From a virus (lineage: Duplodnaviria > Caudoviricetes): a stretch of DNA of 64,000 nucleotides. Made by a program: the position numbers and the translations under genes. Below the pieces are notes generated by a model that worked only from the letters and a program-made list of their open reading frames with translations, ran no database searches and was not told where the DNA came from. The first letter of the stretch is position 1, and each line of letters opens with the position of its first letter. This document shows, one piece after another, positions 1-8,636 of this stretch. Location of the stretch: IMG/VR virus record IMGVR_UViG_3300020045_004648, positions 20,369-84,368 of that record; one strand, given 5' to 3'.

Positions 1-792
1 CACCTTGTTTGTGACATCTTCAAGGATGTCTGCGTACATATCTAGAGGGACTTCTTCCATAGGCACACCACATACCACAGCAGCAATACGGAAATGCAAG
101 TTCTGAAAGTCTACCTCTACAACGGGCTTACCATCAATAGTAATATCCAAACGCTGATCACCATCTTTGGAGTGCAACTGAAGAATATCAGCACGATAAA
201 ACCTCCCGCCCAGATCAAATGACTCATTGAAGATTCGACTGTACACATTCGATAGTCTTTCACCATCTCTAGTTAGAACAGTGGCTTTCTCGTTCATTAA
301 GTTAAGTTTGACAACCAGTGACTTCATCTTTTCAGTCTTATCATTGTGAGCATAACGCACAGGCTCCTTTTCTTTGTTCCTAAGAATAATGCTTTCTACA
401 GCCTCAAGGTAGGCACGTTCAGTCTCCTCCATCTCAATTTCAGACAGGATAGGGAATTCTTTCATAAATTTCTCCGTTGGTAGGATTGTACTAATAGTAC
501 GGTTTTCAGGAATGGGTGAGCCTCTGCCAACCAAGTTAGTAATGTAGCCCTGTTCTTCAAGAAAGTCAACAGCGTTCATGACTTGCCATACAGAAATGCC
601 TCTCTTGGTTGTAGTGGAGTTCGATCCTTTGTTTCTAGAATACACAATAGCATTATTCTTTCGTATACCTGCTAAAAGATTAGTGATGACTACACCTAAC
701 ACTACAGTGTCTTTGTACCTAAATTTTCTTAGTTTGTTTCTTACATGTTGTGGTATGGTTATGTCATAAGTGAGTAGTTTAGTGTTGAACAT
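1..792 (-). CDS. Hypothetical protein with PolA/T7-RNAP-like palm motifs; runs off the left window edge
   Basis: Not in ORF track (no stop in window). Hand translation from ATG at 792 with AGGAGG SD gives 264 open codons: MFNTKLLTY...RIFNESFDLGGRFYRAD...ITIDGKPVVEVDFQNLHFRIAA. Confidence 0.75.
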   Translation of the reverse strand, partial: MFNTKLLTYDITIPQHVRNKLRKFRYKDTVVLGVVITNLLAGIRKNNAIVYSRNKGSNSTTTKRGISVWQVMNAVDFLEEQGYITNLVGRGSPIPENRTISTILPTEKFMKEFPILSEIEMEETERAYLEAVESIILRNKEKEPVRYAHNDKTEKMKSLVVKLNLMNEKATVLTRDGERLSNVYSRIFNESFDLGGRFYRADILQLHSKDGDQRLDITIDGKPVVEVDFQNLHFRIAAVVCGVPMEEVPLDMYADILEDVTNKV

Positions 793-981
793 CGCAATCG
801 CATTCCTCCTTGTTACGATAAAAACAAGAGTATAACACAAGCAGACGGACATCCTCGTCCCTTCGGTGTACCCATATAAGGAAACAATCCCACAAGATCA
901 TGTGGAACTTTCAACGCTAGAGCTGAATTTTTAGACAAATAAATCTCTATAATTGTCGTAAACAAACAACACTCATTTCAC

Positions 982-1011
982 TTGACCTCCTTTCTTTAAA
1001 GGTGCTATGAT
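982..1011 (+). promoter_or_regulatory. sigma70-type early promoter
   Basis: TTGACC-18 nt-TATGAT, with TG upstream of the -10. Confidence 0.6.
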
Positions 1012-1048
1012 AGCATAAATGAGACACGTCCTGCAAGTAAAATTTCTG

Positions 1049-1077
1049 TTGACGACCAGAAAAAGGTGTGTTACACT
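1049..1077 (+). promoter_or_regulatory. sigma70-type early promoter
   Basis: TTGACG-17 nt-TACACT. Confidence 0.6.
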
Positions 1078-1105
1078 GCAAATATCAATGTACAAAGGAG
1101 AAGAA

Positions 1106-1327
1106 ATGACACCAACAGCAGAACAAGGAACTTACCTACCCCAAGCACATCGTTGGTCGTGGTGTGACTTCTGTGAAGCAGAGATAGTGATTTGCGGTAC
1201 ATGCGGAAACAACTGCTGTAATGGTGGTTATGGTGAAGTTATGGGACCAGAACCTGGAACTACGATGACTTGCCCTGATTGTCCATCTGCTTATCTGCTG
1301 CAATCAAATGGCTTGACACCATCCTAA
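1106..1327 (+). CDS. Small Cys-rich, probably Zn-binding, early protein
   Basis: AAGGAG SD; CDFC, CGTCGNNCC, CPDCP; start moved from 1019 to the ATG at 1106. Confidence 0.7.
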   Translation: MTPTAEQGTYLPQAHRWSWCDFCEAEIVICGTCGNNCCNGGYGEVMGPEPGTTMTCPDCPSAYLLQSNGLTPS

Positions 1328-1341
1328 GATTCGTGCATAAT
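1313..1341 (+). promoter_or_regulatory. sigma70-type early promoter
   Basis: TTGACA-17 nt-CATAAT, TG upstream of the -10. Confidence 0.65.
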
Positions 1342-1377
1342 TTAAGCATATCAACAAACCAACTGAGAGGAACCTTC

Positions 1378-1578
1378 ATGAAAGTCTATACAATCCAAAT
1401 CAACTACAAATCCGGCATCTCTATGACTGCTGAATTTACAAAGTTCAGCGTCAAGAATGGTACATGGGAATGGGAAGTCTATAGCCCAAGTACCTCCAAT
1501 CCCGTGCTTCTCGGAGTGGACAACATTGAGTCTGTTTGGCAACTCTCTTTCCGTGAAGTACAGGAAGTATTAGAATGA
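1378..1578 (+). CDS. Hypothetical protein
   Basis: GAGG SD before ATG 1378; ATGA overlap with next gene. Confidence 0.65.
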   Translation: MKVYTIQINYKSGISMTAEFTKFSVKNGTWEWEVYSPSTSNPVLLGVDNIESVWQLSFREVQEVLE

Positions 1579-1880
1579 ACCTACATAGCGGACACAACAA
1601 AGTTGTATCCTTGCAACAAGCCCTAGACGCATCACGTTCTCTTGCAAAGCACAATCCCTTTGTTAGAATGACAGGGGATGAGCAAAAGATAGCTAACCAA
1701 GCTAGTGCTGTACTGAAGAAGGCCGCTAACAAGGCAGCAACACCGCCGGATGGCCTTCGGCCAGCAGAGCTGTCCTCACCGTTGGTGCCGCTTTGCACAG
1801 AAGAGTTACAGGATTTAATGAGAGGGATACCAAAGTGGCAGACTGAATGGAATAATGAAAAATACAAATCTTTGTTTTAA
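1575..1880 (+). CDS. Hypothetical protein
   Basis: ORF coupled to the upstream gene. Confidence 0.6.
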   Translation: MNLHSGHNKVVSLQQALDASRSLAKHNPFVRMTGDEQKIANQASAVLKKAANKAATPPDGLRPAELSSPLVPLCTEELQDLMRGIPKWQTEWNNEKYKSLF

Positions 1881-1925
1881 TTTAAGTGAGTAGCTTTGCT
1901 ACGAACGATACAGAAGGAGTAAATT

Positions 1926-2117
1926 ATGGATATCTATGCACTTAAAGGAACGAAAGTAAAATTCCTAAATGACAACGGTTATGACCATGACAGAAAATTT
2001 GCACTTGAAAAAGGGTTGGAGCAAGGACAAAATTACGAAGTGCAATTGTTCATATGTATTCCTTGCGGGATTCAATGTAGGGTTCAATACCGTAATGTTT
2101 TCACAAGAAGGTTATGA
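1926..2117 (+). CDS. Hypothetical protein
   Basis: AAGGAG SD. Confidence 0.6.
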   Translation: MDIYALKGTKVKFLNDNGYDHDRKFALEKGLEQGQNYEVQLFICIPCGIQCRVQYRNVFTRRL

Positions 2118-2151
2118 CGATTAATACAAAACTAAAGTTAAGGAGTAAATT

Positions 2152-2394
2152 ATGCCGAAAGTCATAGGTTATGAAACCAGTATGGATAAACATTACACTT
2201 GCAAGAGTTGTACTGCAATTAATGAGTTCACTCCAAATGATCTTCGAGATATCAATACGAACTATGACTATCTTGGAGACTATGATATCTACAAAGGTTT
2301 TAACTGTGCAGGTTGTGGTAAAGAGATTTTTACAGAAAGGGTAAATTATGCAAATACTAAAACCAGAATACTTCCACAACAAGACTTCGTATGA
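2152..2394 (+). CDS. Small Zn-ribbon-like protein
   Basis: AAGGAG SD; CKSC...CAGC. Confidence 0.65.
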   Translation: MPKVIGYETSMDKHYTCKSCTAINEFTPNDLRDINTNYDYLGDYDIYKGFNCAGCGKEIFTERVNYANTKTRILPQQDFV

Positions 2395-2677
2395 AGCATT
2401 CCTATACGCTCTAATCCTTGTTGATAAAATCAAGCAAGCACAGAGTGAAGGTGCTATCATCTACGACACAGAAGGAATCTTGACAGGAGAGTGGGTTGTG
2501 AGGTATGATCCAGATGAGCCCTGGATTGGTGTTAAACATGATAATTGCTGGTTTGGATATGTTGGTGGGTGCTGGGATGTACGCTCCGGCAGGATGTACT
2601 GCACCAAGAAAGAAGTCAAAGAGGCTTTCAAGGGTATTTCTTGGGTTTACCCCAAGGATTTTCATAAACTGTTTTAA
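2348..2677 (+). CDS. Hypothetical protein
   Basis: ORF in the co-directional early array. Confidence 0.6.
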   Translation: MQILKPEYFHNKTSYEAFLYALILVDKIKQAQSEGAIIYDTEGILTGEWVVRYDPDEPWIGVKHDNCWFGYVGGCWDVRSGRMYCTKKEVKEAFKGISWVYPKDFHKLF

Positions 2678-2929
2678 GGAATCACATGAGTTATATTATT
2701 GTCAAACATGCAGCAGATGGTGCTTGGGAGTCACACTTTGAAGACGACCCTAAAATTGGGTGTCACGTAAGTTATAGTGCACATAGCACTTACGCAGGTA
2801 AACAATGTGGCCTTCGTCGTTCTTACGCAACACTGGAATTTGCTACATGGGATTTAATGAGGATACTTGACAGAAACCCTTGCGGAAACTATGATATCTG
2901 TCCTGTGATTTCTTAAACTGTTTTAAGGA
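2665..2929 (+). repeat. 16-bp direct repeat TAAACTGTTTTAAGGA flanking one gene
   Basis: Exact copies at 2665-2680 and 2914-2929. Confidence 0.85.
2686..2916 (+). CDS. Hypothetical protein
   Basis: AAGGA SD; lies between the 16-bp repeats. Confidence 0.65.
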   Translation: MSYIIVKHAADGAWESHFEDDPKIGCHVSYSAHSTYAGKQCGLRRSYATLEFATWDLMRILDRNPCGNYDICPVIS

Positions 2930-2936
2930 GAATAAA

Positions 2937-3380
2937 ATGCACAAGAGTAAAGAAGATACAAACCCAGAGCAAGACGAGTTTCAGGTTGGTGATGTTGTGT
3001 GGGATGTTGCTATTGGAGAGGGTAAGGTCATCAACATCTATGAAAATGACTACTACCCGATACATGTGGAGTTTGTTGAGGGTAACTATGAAACTTATAG
3101 AAAAGGTGGAAATATTGATGACGGTAGACCTCGTACACTATTCTTCTCAGAACCAAAGATTGAAGCTGCAGTAACTCGACCTTTTGTTCCTACGTTAGTC
3201 GGGAAGAGGGTTGTTGTGGTTCCAAAATATGACACAAACCTACGTTGGCTTCATACGGTATATGAAGAATATGCAGATAGAATCTACATAAATGAAAGCT
3301 GTTCAGAGGGAAGCTATTACAGGAAAGAAGACCTCTACGCAATTTATGAAGTACAACCAGAAAACCTTTTGAAGAAGTAA
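2937..3380 (+). CDS. Hypothetical protein
   Basis: AAGGAG SD; FQVGDVVW SH3/KOW-like start typical of small phage proteins. Confidence 0.7.
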   Translation: MHKSKEDTNPEQDEFQVGDVVWDVAIGEGKVINIYENDYYPIHVEFVEGNYETYRKGGNIDDGRPRTLFFSEPKIEAAVTRPFVPTLVGKRVVVVPKYDTNLRWLHTVYEEYADRIYINESCSEGSYYRKEDLYAIYEVQPENLLKK

Positions 3381-3408
3381 AAACATTAGCCCAAAGTAAA
3401 GGATTAAG

Positions 3409-3840
3409 ATGACTAAGACAGAAGATATTTTCAAGACAAACGGTTGTCCATTTAATAACCGTTCACAAGGTATAGACACTCGCATTGTGTTTGTCTGTTC
3501 GGCTGGGATGTTACGTTCGCCAACAGCAGCACGTATTGCAGCAGAATACGGGGTCAATGCCCGTAGTGCAGGCAGTCATTTGCATTATGCGTTGATTCCT
3601 CTATCAGCAAACCTCATTAAATGGGCGCATTGGGTTGTATTCCTGAATCCTGAGAATGCATTAGAAGTTAAATCAAATATTTCTGACGTTGATTTATGGG
3701 ATGAGTTGCAGAGTAAAAGCATTGTGTGGGATATTGAAGACTGGTACAATTATATGGATGACGGGTTAGTGCGTAATCTTCGTGCTAACATTGAAAATAC
3801 TTTTGATGTAGCACTCAGTACAACATCTAGATCAGCATAA
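3409..3840 (+). CDS. Low-molecular-weight protein-tyrosine-phosphatase-like protein
   Basis: P-loop CX5R motif IVFVCSAGMLRSPTAA. Confidence 0.8.
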   Translation: MTKTEDIFKTNGCPFNNRSQGIDTRIVFVCSAGMLRSPTAARIAAEYGVNARSAGSHLHYALIPLSANLIKWAHWVVFLNPENALEVKSNISDVDLWDELQSKSIVWDIEDWYNYMDDGLVRNLRANIENTFDVALSTTSRSA

Positions 3841-3869
3841 AACTTCATCACTAAATTAAGGAGAACACT

Positions 3870-4235
3870 ATGAACACTACGCAAAAACCATTTCAACCCA
3901 TCCGTAATTTCTTTAAATCATTCTTCCAGCCAATCTGGAATGATGAACAAGAATATTGGTACACGTATACAGATCGTTCAAGATTTGGTTACTATCCTAA
4001 TGATTCGGCTTATTTGAGCCAACGTGAACTTCAATTACTTCAAAGTGTTCTAGCAAGGAATATCCGAGTAGTTGATCAAGTACGAAAAGAGATCAAAGAA
4101 GAAGCACTCATGTATGAAGTTGGTGATATCGGGCGTAGCCATCTTTTCAAAGAGCACCGAGAAGTTAAGGCTTACTTGAAGAAATTAGCAGAATTGCAAC
4201 ATCGGTTGAAGCATAAGATTGCGGCTATTGGTTAG
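3870..4235 (+). CDS. Hypothetical protein
   Basis: AAGGAG SD. Confidence 0.7.
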   Translation: MNTTQKPFQPIRNFFKSFFQPIWNDEQEYWYTYTDRSRFGYYPNDSAYLSQRELQLLQSVLARNIRVVDQVRKEIKEEALMYEVGDIGRSHLFKEHREVKAYLKKLAELQHRLKHKIAAIG

Positions 4236-4335
4236 AGGATCAGCAAGGCACTTTATAACCCCTACAAGCCTTGTTTAGGTACAAGGTAAGGGGTGTGTAG
4301 CTTAGATAGTAAATAATTAAATAGAAAGGGTTTAA

Positions 4336-4893
4336 ATGAAAGTACATATTGGAGATTACGTGCCGTGGTACGGTCCCTACCAAATTGCAAAATTGATTCT
4401 GTTTTGGAAAGATGAAGAGAAAGATGAAAGCGTGCATCAATTTGGTAAGTGGTTAGCAACTGATAAGAATGGTAACGAATCAGTGTTTGCTGAAGTATGT
4501 GAATGGTTGCATTCCAAAAAGAAGCGCAAGATCAAAGTTAGGATTGATGATTATGATTTATTTTCTATGGATAGCACTTTGTGCTATATCATTCATCCAA
4601 TGCTGATCAAACTCAAAGAAGCCAAAGCTGGAACACCAGCAGTAGACAAAGCAGATGTTCCTGAAGAACTACATAGCACTTATGGAACACTAGGAGATTT
4701 TACAGATACCTTCAGTGAAGAGGCTTGGTCGTGGGTACTAGATGAAATGACCTGGAGTTTTGATCCTGATTGGGAAGAAAAGTACGGGTTTGGTGCATCT
4801 GGTCATGACTTTGATAAGTACCAAGAGAATAACAAAAGGATGGAAAATGGGCATAGACTTTTTGGGTGTTACCTGTCTTCGATGTGGACATAG
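4336..4893 (+). CDS. Hypothetical phage protein
   Basis: 185-aa ORF with SD, in the array. Confidence 0.7.
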   Translation: MKVHIGDYVPWYGPYQIAKLILFWKDEEKDESVHQFGKWLATDKNGNESVFAEVCEWLHSKKKRKIKVRIDDYDLFSMDSTLCYIIHPMLIKLKEAKAGTPAVDKADVPEELHSTYGTLGDFTDTFSEEAWSWVLDEMTWSFDPDWEEKYGFGASGHDFDKYQENNKRMENGHRLFGCYLSSMWT

Positions 4894-4904
4894 GAGGATT
4901 TATT

Positions 4905-5063
4905 ATGGAATTCTATAGTGTTTACAAACTCTGTGAGGGTGGCGGTGGAGTTGGGTATGTGTACTTCTTGGACTTTGATAAGGCTCGTGAATGCCAAAAA
5001 GAGTGGCAAGAGTCAGAACCTTACAGCACTGTGTTGCTGGATTATGAATGCACGGAGGATTAA
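4905..5063 (+). CDS. Hypothetical protein
   Basis: AGGAGG SD before ATG 4905. Confidence 0.55.
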   Translation: MEFYSVYKLCEGGGGVGYVYFLDFDKARECQKEWQESEPYSTVLLDYECTED

Positions 5064-5504
5064 ATGCCAACACAACAAGAGACTGACTCTGTTTACATGG
5101 GAGTAGCATGGCTGCACGCTAGACTCTCTAAAGGAAAAAGACTCAAAGTTGGGGCTTGTCTCGTTCTTGAATCCGGTGTCATGATTGGGGCTACAAATGG
5201 ACTTCCTACTCAATTAGGGAATGAACTTGAACTGCTTGATGAGAGTACAAGAGAACTTGTTACCAAAAAAGAAGTTATTCATGCAGAACAGCAGTGCCTT
5301 AATAAGTCGTGTCTTGAGGGTGTTAGTACAAAGAACTCTAAAATGTGGGTAACGCACATTCCTTGTAGGCATTGCTGCTCAAACATGATTGCTGCAGGTG
5401 TAACACAGGTAACGTGGCAAGAAACATATAGGGACACATCAGGTCTTGATTTATTGAAAGAAGCTGGTATAATGCAGAGACAGTTTCAATTGAATAAGGA
5501 GTAA
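5064..5504 (+). CDS. dCMP deaminase (cytidine/deoxycytidylate deaminase family)
   Basis: Zn-binding HAE...PCRHC motifs. Confidence 0.85.
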   Translation: MPTQQETDSVYMGVAWLHARLSKGKRLKVGACLVLESGVMIGATNGLPTQLGNELELLDESTRELVTKKEVIHAEQQCLNKSCLEGVSTKNSKMWVTHIPCRHCCSNMIAAGVTQVTWQETYRDTSGLDLLKEAGIMQRQFQLNKE

Positions 5505-5509
5505 ACACT

Positions 5510-5998
5510 ATGACGTTAGCTTTTAGAGCAATGCAATTTGCACGAGAAGTTCACAAGGAGCAAGTACGAAAGTACACAGGAAATCCATACACAGATCATC
5601 TTGCAGAAGTTGCAGGGATTGTTTCTACAGTTTGTAAAGATAAATACAGTGTTGCGGTAGCATGGTTACATGATTGTGTAGAGGATTGTGATGTTACCGA
5701 ACAGCAATTGTATTACTTCTTCGATAATACAGTTACAAAAGGTGTTATGATGCTATCAGACCTTGAACAAGGAAATCGTAAAGAACGCAAGGCTGCATCT
5801 CGTGCAAGGCTTTGTACTGCACCAGATTGGATACAGACAATTAAAGTTGCTGATTTGATTAGTAACACAAGTTCTATCGTAAAGCATGATCCTAAGTTTG
5901 CTGAAGTTTATCTTGAAGAGAAGCGACTGCTTCTTGATGTTCTGACCAAGGCAGATCACGGATTACTTGAGATTGCACGTAATCAAGTGAAGGAGTAA
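5510..5998 (+). CDS. HD-domain hydrolase, RelA/SpoT/Mesh1-like (small alarmone hydrolase-like)
   Basis: FAREVHKEQVRKYTGNPYTDH, AWLHDCVED, KVADLISN. Confidence 0.8.
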   Translation: MTLAFRAMQFAREVHKEQVRKYTGNPYTDHLAEVAGIVSTVCKDKYSVAVAWLHDCVEDCDVTEQQLYYFFDNTVTKGVMMLSDLEQGNRKERKAASRARLCTAPDWIQTIKVADLISNTSSIVKHDPKFAEVYLEEKRLLLDVLTKADHGLLEIARNQVKE

Positions 5999-6000
5999 AC

Positions 6001-6249
6001 ATGCAATCAATCCTAGAATTCTTTCGAGAGAAGAAAGGGACTTTTGTAAAAACTAATGTCAGTCGTGAGAATTACACCCCAGCATGGGTTAATACACACA
6101 GCGCAACATGGTGGCCTTCACAGTGGGATGAAGTACAGGTAGAAGAAATTGACTGGGAAGCTTTTGAAGAAGCTGTGGTAGAATTTGAAGCGTCTTTCCA
6201 AAAAGGTGGAGAGAACTCACATCGTAATCCGTTGAATAAAGGAGAATAA
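6001..6249 (+). CDS. Hypothetical protein
   Basis: AAGGAG SD. Confidence 0.65.
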   Translation: MQSILEFFREKKGTFVKTNVSRENYTPAWVNTHSATWWPSQWDEVQVEEIDWEAFEEAVVEFEASFQKGGENSHRNPLNKGE

Positions 6250-6252
6250 ACA

Positions 6253-6888
6253 ATGCAAGATTTTAAAGTTGGTGATAAGGTAATTGTAGTGGAGCCTGAC
6301 GCTGCTCTGCTGATTGGTTCTGTTCATGTAGTGCACGATATCCGTGAAAACATGGGGTATACTTATGTGTATTTATCTGAGTCTGATAAGAGAGTTCACA
6401 AAGGATGGCTAGCTAGCCGATTTGTTAAATACGAAGAAAAGGGGAAGAATATGCAAGAGAACAACAAAGTTGCGAACGCTGTAAAAGTTGAAATGGGTAA
6501 GAAATACCGCAGGACTGGTACGCATGAATCTGTTAGGATTATTTGCACAGATAGGGAAGATACCCATATACCTTGTATTGGTCTATATCGGGGTGAGTCT
6601 GGAGGTGAAGGTGTACTATACCTCGATGCTTACGGTAAAGACCCATTTGATTCCAGTAAAGCCATTGAAGAAATCCCAGTAGTAGATTGGAGTAAAGTTA
6701 AAGTGGATGCACCGATTTGGATTCGAGATAGTCATTACTTAGATTTATATAAACGGCATTTTAATAAGTTTGATGGAAAATTTGTGTACTTCTGGCCTTG
6801 CGGTACAACTTCTTTTTCTTGTGAAGACCCTACACTTAGACTATATACTGCTAATCCAAAAAACTGCTTTCTTGAGGAACCAAAATGA
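6253..6888 (+). CDS. Hypothetical protein
   Basis: AAGGAG SD; FKVGDKV start. Confidence 0.7.
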   Translation: MQDFKVGDKVIVVEPDAALLIGSVHVVHDIRENMGYTYVYLSESDKRVHKGWLASRFVKYEEKGKNMQENNKVANAVKVEMGKKYRRTGTHESVRIICTDREDTHIPCIGLYRGESGGEGVLYLDAYGKDPFDSSKAIEEIPVVDWSKVKVDAPIWIRDSHYLDLYKRHFNKFDGKFVYFWPCGTTSFSCEDPTLRLYTANPKNCFLEEPK

Positions 6889-6913
6889 AAATGCAAGATG
6901 AAGGAGTACAATT

Positions 6914-7150
6914 ATGAAAGTATATTACGAAAAACCTGTACTTACAGCAGAGAAGTTAATCAAAGACATTTTAGAAATCTCTGAGAGGTATGAAACAATC
7001 ACAGGAAAAGCCCCGAATAAACTTGTGTTGACAAAGGAGGAGTTCATGGTACTTGATAAGTACTTCAGTCAATATCTTTCCTATCAAGCAGAGAAAGAAA
7101 AAGCAGATTATTTGATCTTTGAAGGAATGGAGGTTATCCTTGAGGAGTAA
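6914..7150 (+). CDS. Hypothetical protein
   Basis: AAGGAG SD. Confidence 0.65.
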   Translation: MKVYYEKPVLTAEKLIKDILEISERYETITGKAPNKLVLTKEEFMVLDKYFSQYLSYQAEKEKADYLIFEGMEVILEE

Positions 7151-7154
7151 ATAT

Positions 7155-7361
7155 ATGAAATCTTTTATTATTATTTTAGTCACTTGTGCTAGTCTAAGTG
7201 GTTGTTACCAGCAAACTAGTAACTTTGATATACATCGGGCTATTAAATTCTGTGGTTCAGTAGAGAATATTGCGTATATTAATGTAATGGCTGATGGTAA
7301 CGAATCTGTAAAGTGCATGGATCAAACATACTCACTGTTGCACGAGGTGAAGGGTAAATGA
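7155..7361 (+). CDS. Putative lipoprotein
   Basis: GAGGAG SD; MKSFIIILVTCASLSG-C lipobox. Confidence 0.65.
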   Translation: MKSFIIILVTCASLSGCYQQTSNFDIHRAIKFCGSVENIAYINVMADGNESVKCMDQTYSLLHEVKGK

Positions 7362-7678
7362 CAACCAAAATTTTCCCAAAAGACCTAGCAAAGGCTATGT
7401 CAAATGCATCCGAAAAGATGTACACTATCTACGAGTGTCAGGATTTCTTGGATATCTTTCGTAAGACGATTGAAGAACTTATGCTTGAAGGGTATCAGGT
7501 TAGTCTTACAGGATTTGGCACGTTCAGTCCAAAATACAGCAAGCCAAGGGTGATGCACTCAGGGCTTACGGGAAAGGATTATGAAGTTCCTGCTGGGATG
7601 ACAATGAAGTTTGTTGTGTCTCCTGCTTTTCAGGAGGAGATTAAGAGGAAGTTTTTGGAACGAAAGGAAGTATCATGA
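7358..7678 (+). CDS. HU/IHF-like DNA-binding protein
   Basis: VSLTGFGTF...RVMHSGLTGKDYEVPA...KFVVS pattern. Confidence 0.8.
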   Translation: MTTKIFPKDLAKAMSNASEKMYTIYECQDFLDIFRKTIEELMLEGYQVSLTGFGTFSPKYSKPRVMHSGLTGKDYEVPAGMTMKFVVSPAFQEEIKRKFLERKEVS

Positions 7679-7998
7679 GCATTCTGCACAATATGCCACT
7701 GAGACTTATTGAGATTTGTGGTGTACCTATTACAATCAGCAAGGACTACAAAGGAGAGTGGTATCTTGATTTCAACACTGGAATGAAATCAGAATTGCAC
7801 TTGTACTTTATTGATGGCAAATACATTGCTAAGTGCAGATATGGTCGTGAAGACGTTATTGAAACTTTTCATGATTTTCACTACTGCCTTAAACAGTGCA
7901 TGGCTGGCAGGGACTTTATGGGTGCAGGTTGGGTTGATATTTACAACGAGGGATTCGGGGAGTTTTCTTGGGATGACATTAAAGGAGACTCAAAATGA
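7675..7998 (+). CDS. Hypothetical protein
   Basis: ATGA-coupled ORF. Confidence 0.65.
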   Translation: MSILHNMPLRLIEICGVPITISKDYKGEWYLDFNTGMKSELHLYFIDGKYIAKCRYGREDVIETFHDFHYCLKQCMAGRDFMGAGWVDIYNEGFGEFSWDDIKGDSK

Positions 7999-8156
7999 GT
8001 GAAGATACACAAGATACACGGTCAGAGATAGAGAAGATGTATGATGCGATTGCTCTGAAGTTTGGTGTGAAGCGAAAGTTCAGCGAGTTACATCCTATGG
8101 AAGTACAGATGCTTTGTCAAGCAGCAACTATGGTTATGCAAGTCGTGAGGGATTGA
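7995..8156 (+). CDS. Small hypothetical protein (53 aa)
   Basis: Below the track cut-off; AAGGAG SD, ATGA overlap, fills the gap. Confidence 0.55.
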   Translation: MSEDTQDTRSEIEKMYDAIALKFGVKRKFSELHPMEVQMLCQAATMVMQVVRD

Positions 8157-8157
8157 T

Positions 8158-8550
8158 ATGGAAGATATTCAAGAACGTAAACTAATTGCTAATATTTGGC
8201 GTACACCAACTGGTGAAATTCTCCAGAGTAAACACAGACACGATTTTGTAATGGATGAGGATGGAAACTTCCTCGATGGTGGTATTGGGGATTATGCACG
8301 ACTTGGTGGATCACGTTCAGTAGACTGGGATAACCTTTGTGTGTATTCTGATGATTCTCACGAGAAGAAGCGGGAATCCTTCTTTTGGGGGACTCGTGGG
8401 CCTAGTGGAGATCAACCTATTAAGTGGTTGCTTTTAAAGGAAATGCACACAGATCACATCGAATCTATCCTTGAAACACAGTGGCATATCTCTGAGCATA
8501 TCCGGGATATGTTTGTTGATGAAATAGAATATAGGAAGGGGCTTGTATGA
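8158..8550 (+). CDS. Hypothetical phage protein
   Basis: 130-aa ORF in the array. Confidence 0.7.
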   Translation: MEDIQERKLIANIWRTPTGEILQSKHRHDFVMDEDGNFLDGGIGDYARLGGSRSVDWDNLCVYSDDSHEKKRESFFWGTRGPSGDQPIKWLLLKEMHTDHIESILETQWHISEHIRDMFVDEIEYRKGLV

Positions 8551-8627
8551 AAGGATTATTTACTTGGAGATGTCCATTTTGTGATCGTCCACAGTGGGAA
8601 TGTCGTTGTAGTGGTTGTAAGAAGTAA
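8547..8627 (+). CDS. 26-aa Cys-rich microprotein
   Basis: ATGA overlap; MKGLFTWRCPFCDRPQWECRCSGCKK fills the gap between two genes. Confidence 0.45.
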   Translation: MKGLFTWRCPFCDRPQWECRCSGCKK

Positions 8628-8636
8628 GGAACAACC

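Noticed and set aside
960-980. Inverted match (TGAGTGTTGT) between 967-976 and the right end near 63800 as terminal repeats
   Set aside because: Only about 10 bp; expected by chance in 64 kb.
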